Positions 30,753 to 39,885 of a stretch of DNA of 64,000 bases are shown piece after piece; position 1 is the stretch's first letter, and every line of letters begins with the position of its first letter. The notes under the pieces were generated by a model. It was not told the origin of the DNA, did not search any database, and worked only from the letters and a program-made list of their open reading frames with translations. Origin of the DNA: Actinomycetota bacterium. GTDB lineage: Bacteria; Actinomycetota; Aquicultoria; Subteraquimicrobiales; Subteraquimicrobiaceae. The stretch lies in the NCBI GenBank assembly GCA_030018275.1, contig JASEGB010000008.1:6353-70352 (forward strand). Direction: 5' to 3'. The position numbers and the translations under genes are program-made.

Positions 30753-31268
30753 ATGAGGAGAAAATTAATCATCTTAACCACCGTATTCCTGCTTCTATTC
30801 ATTTCAATAGCTGCCATTGCTTATTACATTATTCGCCCCGAGACATTGGAGGATTATCTACCCAAGGAGATAGAAAATCTCAATCTGATGAAGACCATTT
30901 CGGGCCATCGAGCTCTGATGATGGCAAGAGCATCCCATAGAGGGGAGATCAAGGATGTCTTGGATATAGCCATTGGATATTATGAGAGGGATTTGAGCAT
31001 CTGGATCACTGAGTATCCAAATCCAAACATTGCTGAGAGAGAAACCACGCGAATGGCAAGGGCAATGATTCAATTTGGGAGAGGCTTTGAAAAATTACGG
31101 AAATTTAAATTAAATGGTCAGGAAATTTATCTGACACTACCCGCTGGGAAAGCTCAGTACTTTTGGAGCCGTGAGAACTTCATGATCTATATTATCCCTG
31201 GTCCATTAAGCGAGGAGGAGGTGAAGAGGGCCATAAAACAAATTAATTGGAAAATCTGGTTATTTTAA
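30753..31268 (+). CDS. Hypothetical membrane-anchored exported protein
   Basis: N-terminal TM helix; GGAGG RBS. Confidence 0.65.
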   Translation: MRRKLIILTTVFLLLFISIAAIAYYIIRPETLEDYLPKEIENLNLMKTISGHRALMMARASHRGEIKDVLDIAIGYYERDLSIWITEYPNPNIAERETTRMARAMIQFGRGFEKLRKFKLNGQEIYLTLPAGKAQYFWSRENFMIYIIPGPLSEEEVKRAIKQINWKIWLF

Positions 31269-31486
31269 AATCATTTGTGGCGCCTTTGCCATCTTGTCTT
31301 CTTTAACATCTTCTTATATTTATGCTTTCTTATTTTCTTGCGCCTCTTTTTAACTACAGAACCCATTTTCTCCTTCTCCTGTAAATAAAATAAGGTTAAT
31401 TTTTATCTCAATTAACCTAATATTTTACCACTTTTCGAGGAAAACCCCAATGACCGAATTTCTCTCCAATCAATGGCTGCTTTATC

Positions 31487-31933
31487 TTACCAACGAGGAG
31501 TCGAGCGTGAAGGCTCTGAGAGGATGGTCTTTAATACGTCAGCTCTACTTATAATGCCCACCAATTCCTTGCCTCTTACAACGGGCAATCTTTTAATGCG
31601 TTTTTCTATCATTAAAGTGGCGATCTCTTCCACGGGTGTATCTCCACCTACACATATCACATCGGTTGTCATGATCTCCTTCGCTTTGGTCCCCTTTATT
31701 TTCCAATATTCGTCCTTAAATTTTTTCCGATTTGCCCAGTAATCCGAGATTGGCATTGAGGTCTCTTTATAGATGAGATCACTTTCAGAGACTATACCCA
31801 CGATCTTATTTTCATCATCAACCACTGGGACACCGGTGATTCGATTTTTGAGCAGGATATCGATTATCTCCTTTACCGATGTCTCTCTCTTTATGGTGAT
31901 CACCTTTCTGGTCATAATATCTTTAGCCAGCAT
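31487..31933 (-). CDS. CBS-domain protein
   Basis: AKDIMT..ITGVPVVD..GIVSESD; second CBS KRLPVV..GIISRAD. Confidence 0.92.
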   Translation of the reverse strand: MLAKDIMTRKVITIKRETSVKEIIDILLKNRITGVPVVDDENKIVGIVSESDLIYKETSMPISDYWANRKKFKDEYWKIKGTKAKEIMTTDVICVGGDTPVEEIATLMIEKRIKRLPVVRGKELVGIISRADVLKTILSEPSRSTPRW

Positions 31934-32387
31934 GGATGGCTTCCCTTCCCTGGATAATTATACCCTTTAATATATCGGATTTACTGACGATGCCCACAAC
32001 TCTTCCGTTGCGGGTCACAAATACCCTTTTTACCCCCTTTGTGATCATCAAGGATGCAATTTCTCTGGCGGGGGTATCTTCACTAACACAGATGACGTTC
32101 GTGCTCATGATATCCTGAGCCTTGGTTCCGGTCATTTTCTGGATTTCCTCAACTAATTTTTTATGATTGACGTATCGACCATGTTGGTAGATTAAAGTTA
32201 CAGATATTGGTAATTTCTTTTTATATAGAAGGTCCTCTTCTGTAACAACTCCAATGATCTTACATTTATCATCCACAACGGGGACTCCACTGATTTTATA
32301 ATCGAGCAAAAGAGTTACAATCTCTTCAATGGTAGCCTCCTTTTTTACGACTATTACATCTCTGCTCATGATGTCCTTTGCCTTCAT
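31923..32387 (-). CDS. CBS-domain protein (tandem paralog)
   Basis: AKDIMS..ISGVPVVD..GVVTEED; GIVSKSD. Confidence 0.92.
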   Translation of the reverse strand: MKAKDIMSRDVIVVKKEATIEEIVTLLLDYKISGVPVVDDKCKIIGVVTEEDLLYKKKLPISVTLIYQHGRYVNHKKLVEEIQKMTGTKAQDIMSTNVICVSEDTPAREIASLMITKGVKRVFVTRNGRVVGIVSKSDILKGIIIQGREAIHAG

Positions 32388-32536
32388 TCCTATCGCCTCC
32401 CATTATTTGATCGTTGCTTTTAGAGCTTGTTCTTTTTTTCACAATTTAATTATACCATTTCTGTGAAATGAAAAAAGAATTAGGATCGGAAAAAATTTGG
32501 GAAGAATTTAATTTAAAAGGTCACAAAACCAAAGTA

Positions 32537-32791
32537 TTAAGGAAGAACTTTATAAACTATATCATGCTCTCTCACATGCTCATCGACTTTAAGACCTATA
32601 GCCTGCCCCGCCTTTGCCGTTTGAATCCTCTCGTGTTCTATCTCCATGGACTCCACTTTTTGTGTGAGATCGGTGGTGTGTCCCTTTATGTGGATGGTAT
32701 CACCAACGCTTAAAGTATTGGTTATCTCCACCACCGCCACACCAAGCCTTGTGAAATAATGAGTCACCCTGCCAATCTCTTTTTCTTCCAT
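32537..32791 (-). CDS. Small EF-Tu domain-II-like / U32 C-terminal-like beta-barrel protein
   Basis: IGRVTHYF..GVAVV..L.VGD.IHIKGHTTD..Q.VESMEI.H..A.AG..IG.KV. Confidence 0.75.
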   Translation of the reverse strand: MEEKEIGRVTHYFTRLGVAVVEITNTLSVGDTIHIKGHTTDLTQKVESMEIEHERIQTAKAGQAIGLKVDEHVREHDIVYKVLP

Positions 32792-32873
32792 TTAACATCC
32801 TCCTTTCAAAATACCCAAATTTTTTTGTTTTTCACCAAAGAATGGTCATTTCCTCCTTTGAATTTTTCATTCA

Positions 32874-33647
32874 TTAAATTCCATGGGTGAGTCTATATAT
32901 GAGAAAAGCAGGCAACTTATTGCTCTCCATTTTTTCCTGAGTTTCTTCTATAGGGTAAGATACCCGATGATATTCAAAGGAAAATTTCTCGGAGTCGAAG
33001 ATGATGAAACTCGCCTTTGGGTTGCCATCGCGGGGCTGTCCCACGCTTCCCACATTGATGATGTATCTAAAACCCTCTCGCAGGGTAAATACTTTCCTCT
33101 CTTCTAAGCCTATGGCTTGGCAGACCTGACCTGCCCGTCCGGTAGGCGGACCTGCTGGTAGGCGGGTATCTTTAGGGAATTTCTGAAAAACTATGGGTAT
33201 ATGGGTATGTCCAACAAAGGCTACCTTGGATGTGAAATGGTGAAAATTTGCTTCAGCATCCCAGGTGGAGATGATATACTCCCAGATTGGATTCCTGGGA
33301 CTCCCATGTACTAGGGTAACATCATCGATGGGATTAAGCTCAAGAGGTAAATTTTGAAGATAATTCAGTGATTGCAGAGTGAGTTCCCTACCCGTCCACT
33401 CACAGGCTATTCGAGCATCAAGGCTAAAATCATCCAAATCTATCTTCCCAATTGCCCCCAGATCGTGATTTCCAGCAATGCAAAGATGGGAAAATGAAGC
33501 AAGCAATTCAATACACTCATTGGGATCGGGTCCATAACCCACCACGTCTCCCAGGCACCAAATCTGGTCAACGCCCCTAAGATGCTTTATTACTTCTTTG
33601 AAAGCAGCCAGATTTCCATGGATATCGGCGATAATCCCATAACGCAT
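32874..33647 (-). CDS. Metallophosphoesterase (calcineurin-like)
   Basis: DIHGN, GDVVGYG, GNHD, HGSP, GHTH, NVGSVGQPRD. Confidence 0.93.
   Translation of the reverse strand: MRYGIIADIHGNLAAFKEVIKHLRGVDQIWCLGDVVGYGPDPNECIELLASFSHLCIAGNHDLGAIGKIDLDDFSLDARIACEWTGRELTLQSLNYLQNLPLELNPIDDVTLVHGSPRNPIWEYIISTWDAEANFHHFTSKVAFVGHTHIPIVFQKFPKDTRLPAGPPTGRAGQVCQAIGLEERKVFTLREGFRYIINVGSVGQPRDGNPKASFIIFDSEKFSFEYHRVSYPIEETQEKMESNKLPAFLIYRLTHGI
33130..33166. repeat. Short nested palindromic insertion inside the phosphoesterase CDS
   Basis: CCTGCCC[GTCCGGTAGGCGGAC]CTGCTGGTAGGCGGG, read as RLPAGPPTGRAG. Confidence 0.65.
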
Positions 33648-33930
33648 TTTTACCTCTAAATATTCTCTATTTTCCTATAATCTTCGCCATATTTCACTTC
33701 TATAAGCGCTCCATAACCTCTTGCTATTCCCTCTTGAAGGGTGCAATTCCAGCAATTTCAGCTGCCCGTAATTGCTCAGTTCTTCGCTTGTTGATTATAT
33801 ACCCTTAACTCATCCTTTCCCTCAAGCATATTTCACATCTACATCCAAATTTCCTTTTATTTTTTCATAAGTTTGCTCTCGCAATGGATATTTTACAGAA
33901 ATTCGGTAAAATATTTTATTGGATTTTACA

Positions 33931-34512
33931 TGGACTATTAACAAGTCAAGTTGACACTTTCTGACACTTCTGACACTTTCGGTTTTCATTGTTCTTTGAA
34001 AACTTAATCTTTGGACTTTCAAGAGCCGGGCATCTTTTACCATTTAGGAACTTCTCAGCTGGTGTCTTCCCATTGAGCTTCCATCCCTGATGAGTGCGTT
34101 TGAAGTTGTAATGGTGTAAGAACTCATCGAGATCCTTTTGTAATTCTTCTAGGCTTGTGTAGATCTTCTTGCGAAATGCTAGTTGATAGAAGTCATTTTT
34201 CTTGATCTGGTTGGGCATCTTGGGTTTTGGTCTCTTCTTAGGAGCAAGACCTAGTCTTCCATACTTTTTGAAGTCCTTGAGAAGCTCATAGTACCTGGTC
34301 CTTGAGATTCCAAAGATTTGGCAGGCAGCTTTGACATTATGCCTCTTGGCATATTTGAAAAGCTGCACACGATGATGGATAATTAAATCATCGTGGGACA
34401 TGATTGACCTCCTTTCGGTTTTAGGTTTGAATAATCTAATTTTAACCGAAAGCGTCAACATGTCCTGCGTTTGTCAAAGGGCAAAGTGTTAACCTAACTT
34501 GTTAATAATACT
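33931..34512 (-). mobile_element. Internally deleted IS481-family element (582 bp)
   Basis: 25-bp imperfect TIRs (33936-33960 and 34483-34507, 3 mismatches); TTTTACA(T) direct repeat at 33924 and 34513; subterminal TGACACTT x3. Confidence 0.85.
33946..34401 (-). pseudogene. IS481 transposase remnant: HTH fused in frame to the C-terminal end, DDE core missing
   Basis: VKAACQIFGISRTRYY..PKMPNQ joined to FYQLAFRKKIY..YNFKRTHQG..GKTP; AAAGGAGG RBS. Confidence 0.8.
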
Positions 34513-34561
34513 TTTTACATTTAGGCCAAAAGGACTTTCTACACTGGTTTAAAGGAATTCG

Positions 34562-35749
34562 ATGATGATAAATTTTCTCTGCCTCGTTCTAGGATACCTC
34601 ATTGGCTCGATCTCCCCCTCTTATTTTCTGGGAAAAATTTTGGCGGGAATTGACATAAGAAAAGTCCATCTTAAAGATGCTGGCGTCTCCAATACCTATT
34701 ACATTCTCGGCGTTTGGCCCGCAGTTGTAGTGGCTCTTTTCGATTTATCAAAAGGAATTCTTTCAATACTACTAGCCTATGGGTTAGGGGCAAATTTCCT
34801 CTTTGCTAATTTAGCGGGTTTTTGCGCCATCTTAGGACATCTCTTCCCTTTCTACCTCAACTTTAATAAGGGAGGATGGGGGCTATCCACCTCCGTTGGG
34901 CTCCTATTCATGTACCTGTTTATTTTGGTTGAGTATATTTCCCTCTCCCCATATCCCCTCATAATTTTGGGGCTCATGGTCCTCGCCCTGGTGTGTATGG
35001 GTGCCAAGGGAGAAATGATAGGGCTTTCAGCCCTGCCTCTGTTGGTTTTAATTATTCTCTCGGAAGCTCCGCTGAACCCATTCTCCGTATTCGCCATTTT
35101 GCTCATTTCTTACATTTTTTGGGTCAATACCATCGTTAAATACGACCGAATTTTAGAGGTAAAGAAGAAATTCGAGGACATAAAAATCTGGCGAATATTA
35201 TTGCGTCCCGGGGCTCCGCTTTTCCTACTCTTTTACGATCTTTTTGGGAAGACGTTTGGACTCACACTCGTGGGTGGTCTCGTAATAGTCTTCTTAACTG
35301 TGGATATTTTGAGATTGGGGATCAAGAGGATCAACCTATTTTTATTCAAAAATCTCTTTTTCGCCTTTAAGGAGAAGGAAAGGGTCCAGTTCTCCTCGAT
35401 GACGCTCTTTTTAATTGGAGCTTTTCTTACTTTTCTCCTCTTTGAAAGGAACATCGCCTTTGCAGCTTTGGTCTTTTTGATCTTTGGTGATATTTTCGCT
35501 AAAATCTTTGGGATTTTATATGGAAAACACCGGATTTTTGATGGGAAGAATGTTGAGGGACTGTTGGGATATTTTCTGGCATCTTTGCTCGCTGGTTATT
35601 TACTCCTGCCTTATGTGAATCTTCTCTTTTGGGTGATCGCACTTGGAAGCCTTGCTGCAGCCGTTGCTGAAGTACTGCCCCTTCCCAATGATAATTTCAG
35701 CGTTCCCTTAATTAGTGCTGCTTCTATGCTGGTCACGAAGATATTTTGA
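34562..35749 (+). CDS. plsY: PlsY glycerol-3-phosphate acyltransferase fused to a CTP-dependent kinase-like (DGK1/SEC59/VTE5-type) domain
   Basis: GYLIGSI, DIR..G.SN, DLSKG, GHLFP..KGG; C-terminal GDIFAKIFG..GKNVEG..DNFSVP. Confidence 0.8.
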   Translation: MMINFLCLVLGYLIGSISPSYFLGKILAGIDIRKVHLKDAGVSNTYYILGVWPAVVVALFDLSKGILSILLAYGLGANFLFANLAGFCAILGHLFPFYLNFNKGGWGLSTSVGLLFMYLFILVEYISLSPYPLIILGLMVLALVCMGAKGEMIGLSALPLLVLIILSEAPLNPFSVFAILLISYIFWVNTIVKYDRILEVKKKFEDIKIWRILLRPGAPLFLLFYDLFGKTFGLTLVGGLVIVFLTVDILRLGIKRINLFLFKNLFFAFKEKERVQFSSMTLFLIGAFLTFLLFERNIAFAALVFLIFGDIFAKIFGILYGKHRIFDGKNVEGLLGYFLASLLAGYLLLPYVNLLFWVIALGSLAAAVAEVLPLPNDNFSVPLISAASMLVTKIF

Positions 35750-35828
35750 ACCGCGAGTTATCTCAGCTGGAGATTAACTCCGGGTGTGATTCATTGTACA
35801 TGAGTCATAAATCACTGCATATTTTTCT

Positions 35829-35956
35829 AAAGTGGGTGGGCTAAGGAGGCACTGTGCAGCCGACCGTTAAGCCCGTACGGGAAGAGCTGCGGCCCCGTAC
35901 GGGTCGCACTCTGAGAACCGAGGGAGTAGGCCCGTATGGGCAGTCCACCCATCTTT
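35829..35956. repeat. GC-rich multi-hairpin intergenic element
   Basis: Closing AAAGTGGGTGGGC/GTCCACCCATCTTT; three CCCGTA(C/T)GGG palindromes at 35872, 35894, 35931. Confidence 0.6.
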
Positions 35957-35995
35957 GGATCGTGCCTTAAACAGCAAATTCTGAAATTATGACCA

Positions 35996-36589
35996 CTATA
36001 ATTCATCGTATGTTTTCATTTTCTTCAAAATGGGATATGGGTTTATCCAAACGTCATCTTCTTTGATTCCAAAATGGAGATGGGGAGGTGTCCCCCTCGC
36101 ATTACCCGTGTTTCCGACATACCCGATGATTTGTCCTAACCTAACTTTATTTCCTTCTTCGATGCCAATGACCCAAGTTTCCAAGTGTGCATAGTAGTAA
36201 TATCTTTTGTCTCTTCCCCGGATTCCGATAAAGTTGCCGCTGATGGGCTCGGTGCCAATCTTCTCCACCTTGCCTTCAACACAGGCATAAACAGGGGTTC
36301 CTCTTGGAGCGAAGATATCCGTACCTTCATGTAAGTGATAGTAAGGGATATATCTCGGGGCATGCCAGTCATTAGAGTAACTGCAGTTACCAGCCACTGG
36401 GAAGCAATATTCAATCTTATATACACTTTTGCGAATGGGTACTCGGATTTGTATAAACTCGGGGAAAGCTACCACCGATACAAAAAGCAGAGCTACGAGT
36501 AAATTAGCCAAAATGACCAGAACAATTGCAGCCGTTAAAATCCGATCAAAAAATCTATTCTTTAATATAGCTATGGTGCGAGTGGTCAT
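35996..36589 (-). CDS. M23 family metallopeptidase, membrane anchored
   Basis: HEGTD (HxxxD), YAHL, HLH motifs. Confidence 0.92.
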   Translation of the reverse strand: MTTRTIAILKNRFFDRILTAAIVLVILANLLVALLFVSVVAFPEFIQIRVPIRKSVYKIEYCFPVAGNCSYSNDWHAPRYIPYYHLHEGTDIFAPRGTPVYACVEGKVEKIGTEPISGNFIGIRGRDKRYYYYAHLETWVIGIEEGNKVRLGQIIGYVGNTGNARGTPPHLHFGIKEDDVWINPYPILKKMKTYDEL

Positions 36590-36778
36590 CGTCGTAAATT
36601 CCTAAGGGCTCCATTCTTGAAATCTAATCAAATTGTTCCTTCGCTTTAGTCTTATGAACTCCTTCCAAATTTTAAAATTTCCAGAAGAGAAATTAGACGA
36701 ATAAAACTGCATTATGATAGAATGACGTCAAACTTTTGGTTAAAAAATATTTTTGTTTATTAAGGTAATAGCTAAACT

Positions 36779-36971
36779 ATGAAGAAAGCAGCTTATAAAT
36801 GGGTTAAGCAAGTCAAACATGATCTTCACTCGCTATCCCGATGTTGCAGAAGTGGTGCCCTTTGAATAATATGATAAGACAACCGCTGAGGAGAAAGTGT
36901 CTGTGGCTAAAAAAGTATTCCATCTTCTAAAGCCAAGGTATAAGATGTTGGAGGAGAAGGAAGATGGCTAA
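36779..36971 (+). pseudogene. HEPN toxin remnant
   Basis: MKKAAYKWVKQVKHDL joined out of frame to TRYPDVAEVVPFE*YDK..; overlaps the MNT start. Confidence 0.7.
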
Positions 36972-37296
36972 AACAATTTTAACTGACCCTTGGGCTAATA
37001 GATTTGTTCATAAAGCTCTGCCGCTAATAAGAAAAGAATTTTCTCCTCAAAAGGTCATTATTTTTGGCTCAAGGGCGAAGGGAAAAGCGAGGAAAGAAAG
37101 CGATCTTGACGTCATCTTGGTTTCAAGCACCTTCAAGGACGTGAAATTTTTAAAGAGAATGCCGATGGTTTTAAGGAAAATCCCCTTTCCAAAACACATC
37201 GATTATATCTGCTACACTCCTGAGGAGCTTGAAAGCTTAAAAGATAGTTCAATTATCTTAGACGAAGCCTTAAAGGAGGGAATCGAGGTAAGTTAG
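36964..37296 (+). CDS. Minimal nucleotidyltransferase (MNT antitoxin-like)
   Basis: IFGSRAKG..ESDLDVILVS..D.ICYTPEE. Confidence 0.9.
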   Translation: MAKTILTDPWANRFVHKALPLIRKEFSPQKVIIFGSRAKGKARKESDLDVILVSSTFKDVKFLKRMPMVLRKIPFPKHIDYICYTPEELESLKDSSIILDEALKEGIEVS

Positions 37297-37310
37297 AGAG
37301 TTTTGCACTC

Positions 37311-37928
37311 ATGTCAAAAGCCTTGATCATCAACAATTATCTCAATTCGAGGGAAGTCAGGGAACTCGCCCAAGTGGTTGGAATATTCTGCGATTATGAG
37401 ATCTGGTCCTATGGAGAGATAGATGTGGAATATAAGCTTAAAGGAAATATAGGAGCGGTAATCCTTAGCGGTTCGGAGGCAAGGATCGTTGAAACTCAGC
37501 ATGTGGCGAAGTTTAATCATGTGGCTAACTTGATAAGGCGCATTGAAATACCCCTCTTGGGTATATGCTTTGGTCACCAGCTTATGTGTTTGGCATTGGG
37601 AGCTGAGGTGGGAGCACTAGAGAGAGTTGTAGATAAGTTTGAATTCGTTCGAATTATCGGGAGGAATGATCTCTTTAAGGGATTTAAAGCTGGGCAGAGC
37701 ATTCCCTTGGCGGAATGGCACCACGACTATGTAAAGAAGGATAGTCTTCCCAAGGCGAACTTAAGATTGCTGGCGGATTCACCATCCTGTGAGGTTGAGG
37801 CGGTAAAGCACGATACCAGACCGCTTTATGGCATCCAATTTCACGCCGAGAGATTCCACATTCGAGGAGAGGAGCACAGAGAGGGCATCCAAGTTATAGA
37901 AAATTTCTGCTCAATGATTAGGAATTGA
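37311..37928 (+). CDS. Class I glutamine amidotransferase domain protein
   Basis: ILSGS, LGICFGHQ, QFHAE. Confidence 0.88.
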   Translation: MSKALIINNYLNSREVRELAQVVGIFCDYEIWSYGEIDVEYKLKGNIGAVILSGSEARIVETQHVAKFNHVANLIRRIEIPLLGICFGHQLMCLALGAEVGALERVVDKFEFVRIIGRNDLFKGFKAGQSIPLAEWHHDYVKKDSLPKANLRLLADSPSCEVEAVKHDTRPLYGIQFHAERFHIRGEEHREGIQVIENFCSMIRN

Positions 37929-37961
37929 GCTTGCGTTCTTAAGCAAGAAAACCACTTGAAA

Positions 37962-38017
37962 GTAGCGCGGGAGTTCATCTCCCGCATTCTTTTGGGCGGG
38001 GATAAACCCCACCCTAC
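37962..38017. repeat. Inverted REP doublet (GTAG family)
   Basis: GTAG-CGCGGGAG-TTCAT-CTCCCGCA on plus; GTAG-GGTGGGG-TTTA-TCCCCGCCC on minus, between convergent genes. Confidence 0.7.
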
Positions 38018-38045
38018 GTGAATAAATGATTATGGGCAATTATTT

Positions 38046-38996
38046 TTACTTCGGGCTTAATTTCTTGAGTCTTTCGATCCCCTTATCGATCTCGGTGACC
38101 AGCTTTTCATGCAACTTGGTATTGCTCGCGGCGATGGTTGAGACTTGGGCTTCAACTCCTGAACCTAAAAGAGGATGATCATCCAAAGGATTGCCCCATC
38201 CATCGGTTATGATGCATCCTGCCTCTTGAGCGATCAGAGTAGCTGCGGCAATATCATAGGGGTTGTTATTGAGGATGTTCCCCTTCCCCACCCTTTCAAA
38301 TTCCCTTTTCACCCAGGGAACTTCTTCGATCATCCGCTTTCCGATATCAACATAGGCATCCATCTGCCCAGTGAGAAGACGTGTGATGGAGAAGCAAGCA
38401 CTGCCTATATCGAAGACTCCTCCATTAACCGAAGAGATGTTGACTAAATCCCCAAGCACCGTTATAAGGAGATCGGCGGGTCGTCCTCGAAATCCAAAGG
38501 TCCAGAAGAGTGTGGCGAGGTCCACATTTGTGCTTGGAGTGGGCTCCATTTCTTCCCCATTTCTCTCAATCCTTACACCCTTACCTCTTTCGGCGGTGAA
38601 CATAGTGTCATTTTTGATCTCCTGGACACAGCCATAAAAGACATCCTTCATGAGTGGTTTGGGTTTATAAGTAGCAACTGCCACTGAGACGCAGCAGGAT
38701 TCCAGACCGGCAGCTGCGGGGCGAGAACCATCGACCGGATCCACGATGAGCACATACTCTGGCTCTCCGAAAATAACGAGCCCCTTGTCCTCTGAATAAT
38801 AAGCGATATTCCCCTGAGCTTTTAAGTAGGATTCAACCTCTCTCTCGGCTATTTCATCGATAGCAAAGGTGGTATTCCCACCCACTGCTTGACCAAGAGA
38901 TACTCTTGATGCAATTTTCCCCAAATGGGGCTTGACTATCCTCTGAATCCTTTGAGTTAACTCATACGCTAAATCCTTAATATCCATCCCTGCCAC
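38046..38996 (-). CDS. Inositol monophosphatase / FBPase family protein
   Basis: SED, DPVDGS, PYDIAAA..EAG. Confidence 0.88.
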   Translation of the reverse strand: MAGMDIKDLAYELTQRIQRIVKPHLGKIASRVSLGQAVGGNTTFAIDEIAEREVESYLKAQGNIAYYSEDKGLVIFGEPEYVLIVDPVDGSRPAAAGLESCCVSVAVATYKPKPLMKDVFYGCVQEIKNDTMFTAERGKGVRIERNGEEMEPTPSTNVDLATLFWTFGFRGRPADLLITVLGDLVNISSVNGGVFDIGSACFSITRLLTGQMDAYVDIGKRMIEEVPWVKREFERVGKGNILNNNPYDIAAATLIAQEAGCIITDGWGNPLDDHPLLGSGVEAQVSTIAASNTKLHEKLVTEIDKGIERLKKLSPK

Positions 38997-39412
38997 TACC
39001 CAAACTCTTTAGGATCCACCCTACTAACCTCTTCAATTTGGTCAAAGTGCTTATCTGTGCTAATGATTTCCCTGATATCGTTATTTATCATCACTGCAAC
39101 GTGAATATGGTCACGAGGAGGTAGGTCAGGATATTTTTTTAGGAGTTCGAAGGTTATTTCTACTTCCCTTTTGGTTACAGACAAAACGTCTGAAACAGCA
39201 ACCGAAAAATCCTTTGCCGTCTCTAACCCATCTTTTCCTTTGCCTATCATAAAATATCGATATAAGATCTCCTGTAATACTTCAGTATCAGTAACAGCTG
39301 TGATTTTTTCATCGCCTATATCTCTCAAGATAGCGGAGCAGGATTGCTTGTACTCATGCCCTTTACCAACCGCATACATCACTATATTTGCGTCAATGAA
39401 ATATATGCTCAT
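38996..39412 (-). CDS. VapC-like PIN toxin
   Basis: FIDANI, EVLQE, PRDHIHVA, STDKHFD. Confidence 0.9.
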   Translation of the reverse strand: MSIYFIDANIVMYAVGKGHEYKQSCSAILRDIGDEKITAVTDTEVLQEILYRYFMIGKGKDGLETAKDFSVAVSDVLSVTKREVEITFELLKKYPDLPPRDHIHVAVMINNDIREIISTDKHFDQIEEVSRVDPKEFG

Positions 39413-39654
39413 AGAATAGCTCCCTTCATTATCTCTTCTTCCATTTTTTCCCAATCATCTATGGGTAATTCACGCGAAAGCATACGTTCGACCGCTTTTT
39501 TCTTCTCTAACTTGGTGCGTTCATGTAGCAACTTTTCTATTGCCTCTCGAATAACAGAAGCCACTGATTTCTTACGCTTTTTAGCATACAATTCAAGTTT
39601 CCTATACTGCTCTGGCGATAATAATATTTGTAGGCGTTTAGTGAGCTCAGACAT
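39409..39654 (-). CDS. Ribbon-helix-helix (CopG) antitoxin
   Basis: RLQILL..YRKL..AK..KKSVASVIREAI; 4-nt overlap with the PIN gene. Confidence 0.88.
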   Translation of the reverse strand: MSELTKRLQILLSPEQYRKLELYAKKRKKSVASVIREAIEKLLHERTKLEKKKAVERMLSRELPIDDWEKMEEEIMKGAIL

Positions 39655-39885
39655 CTCAATTCCTCCTTAAAATGTGTATGTGGATATTATACATCACTAT
39701 CAGCTTAAATCAAATTTCGCAAACAATCAAATCCCACCCACGATTCAAAAATCGATATCTAAAGAGATTTTGCCGCGAAAATTTACTCACTACCAGCAGC
39801 TTTAAAAAATTACTCGTTTAGGAGGATTTTAGCAATTTATAGCGAATGTAATGCAATAATGATTTTGTTACTTAAAGGAGGGGAG

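Noticed and set aside
33650-33815. Possible small gene remnant between the phosphoesterase and the IS
   Set aside because: An RBS and ATG are followed by a stop at codon 3, and the fragments match no family I recognise.
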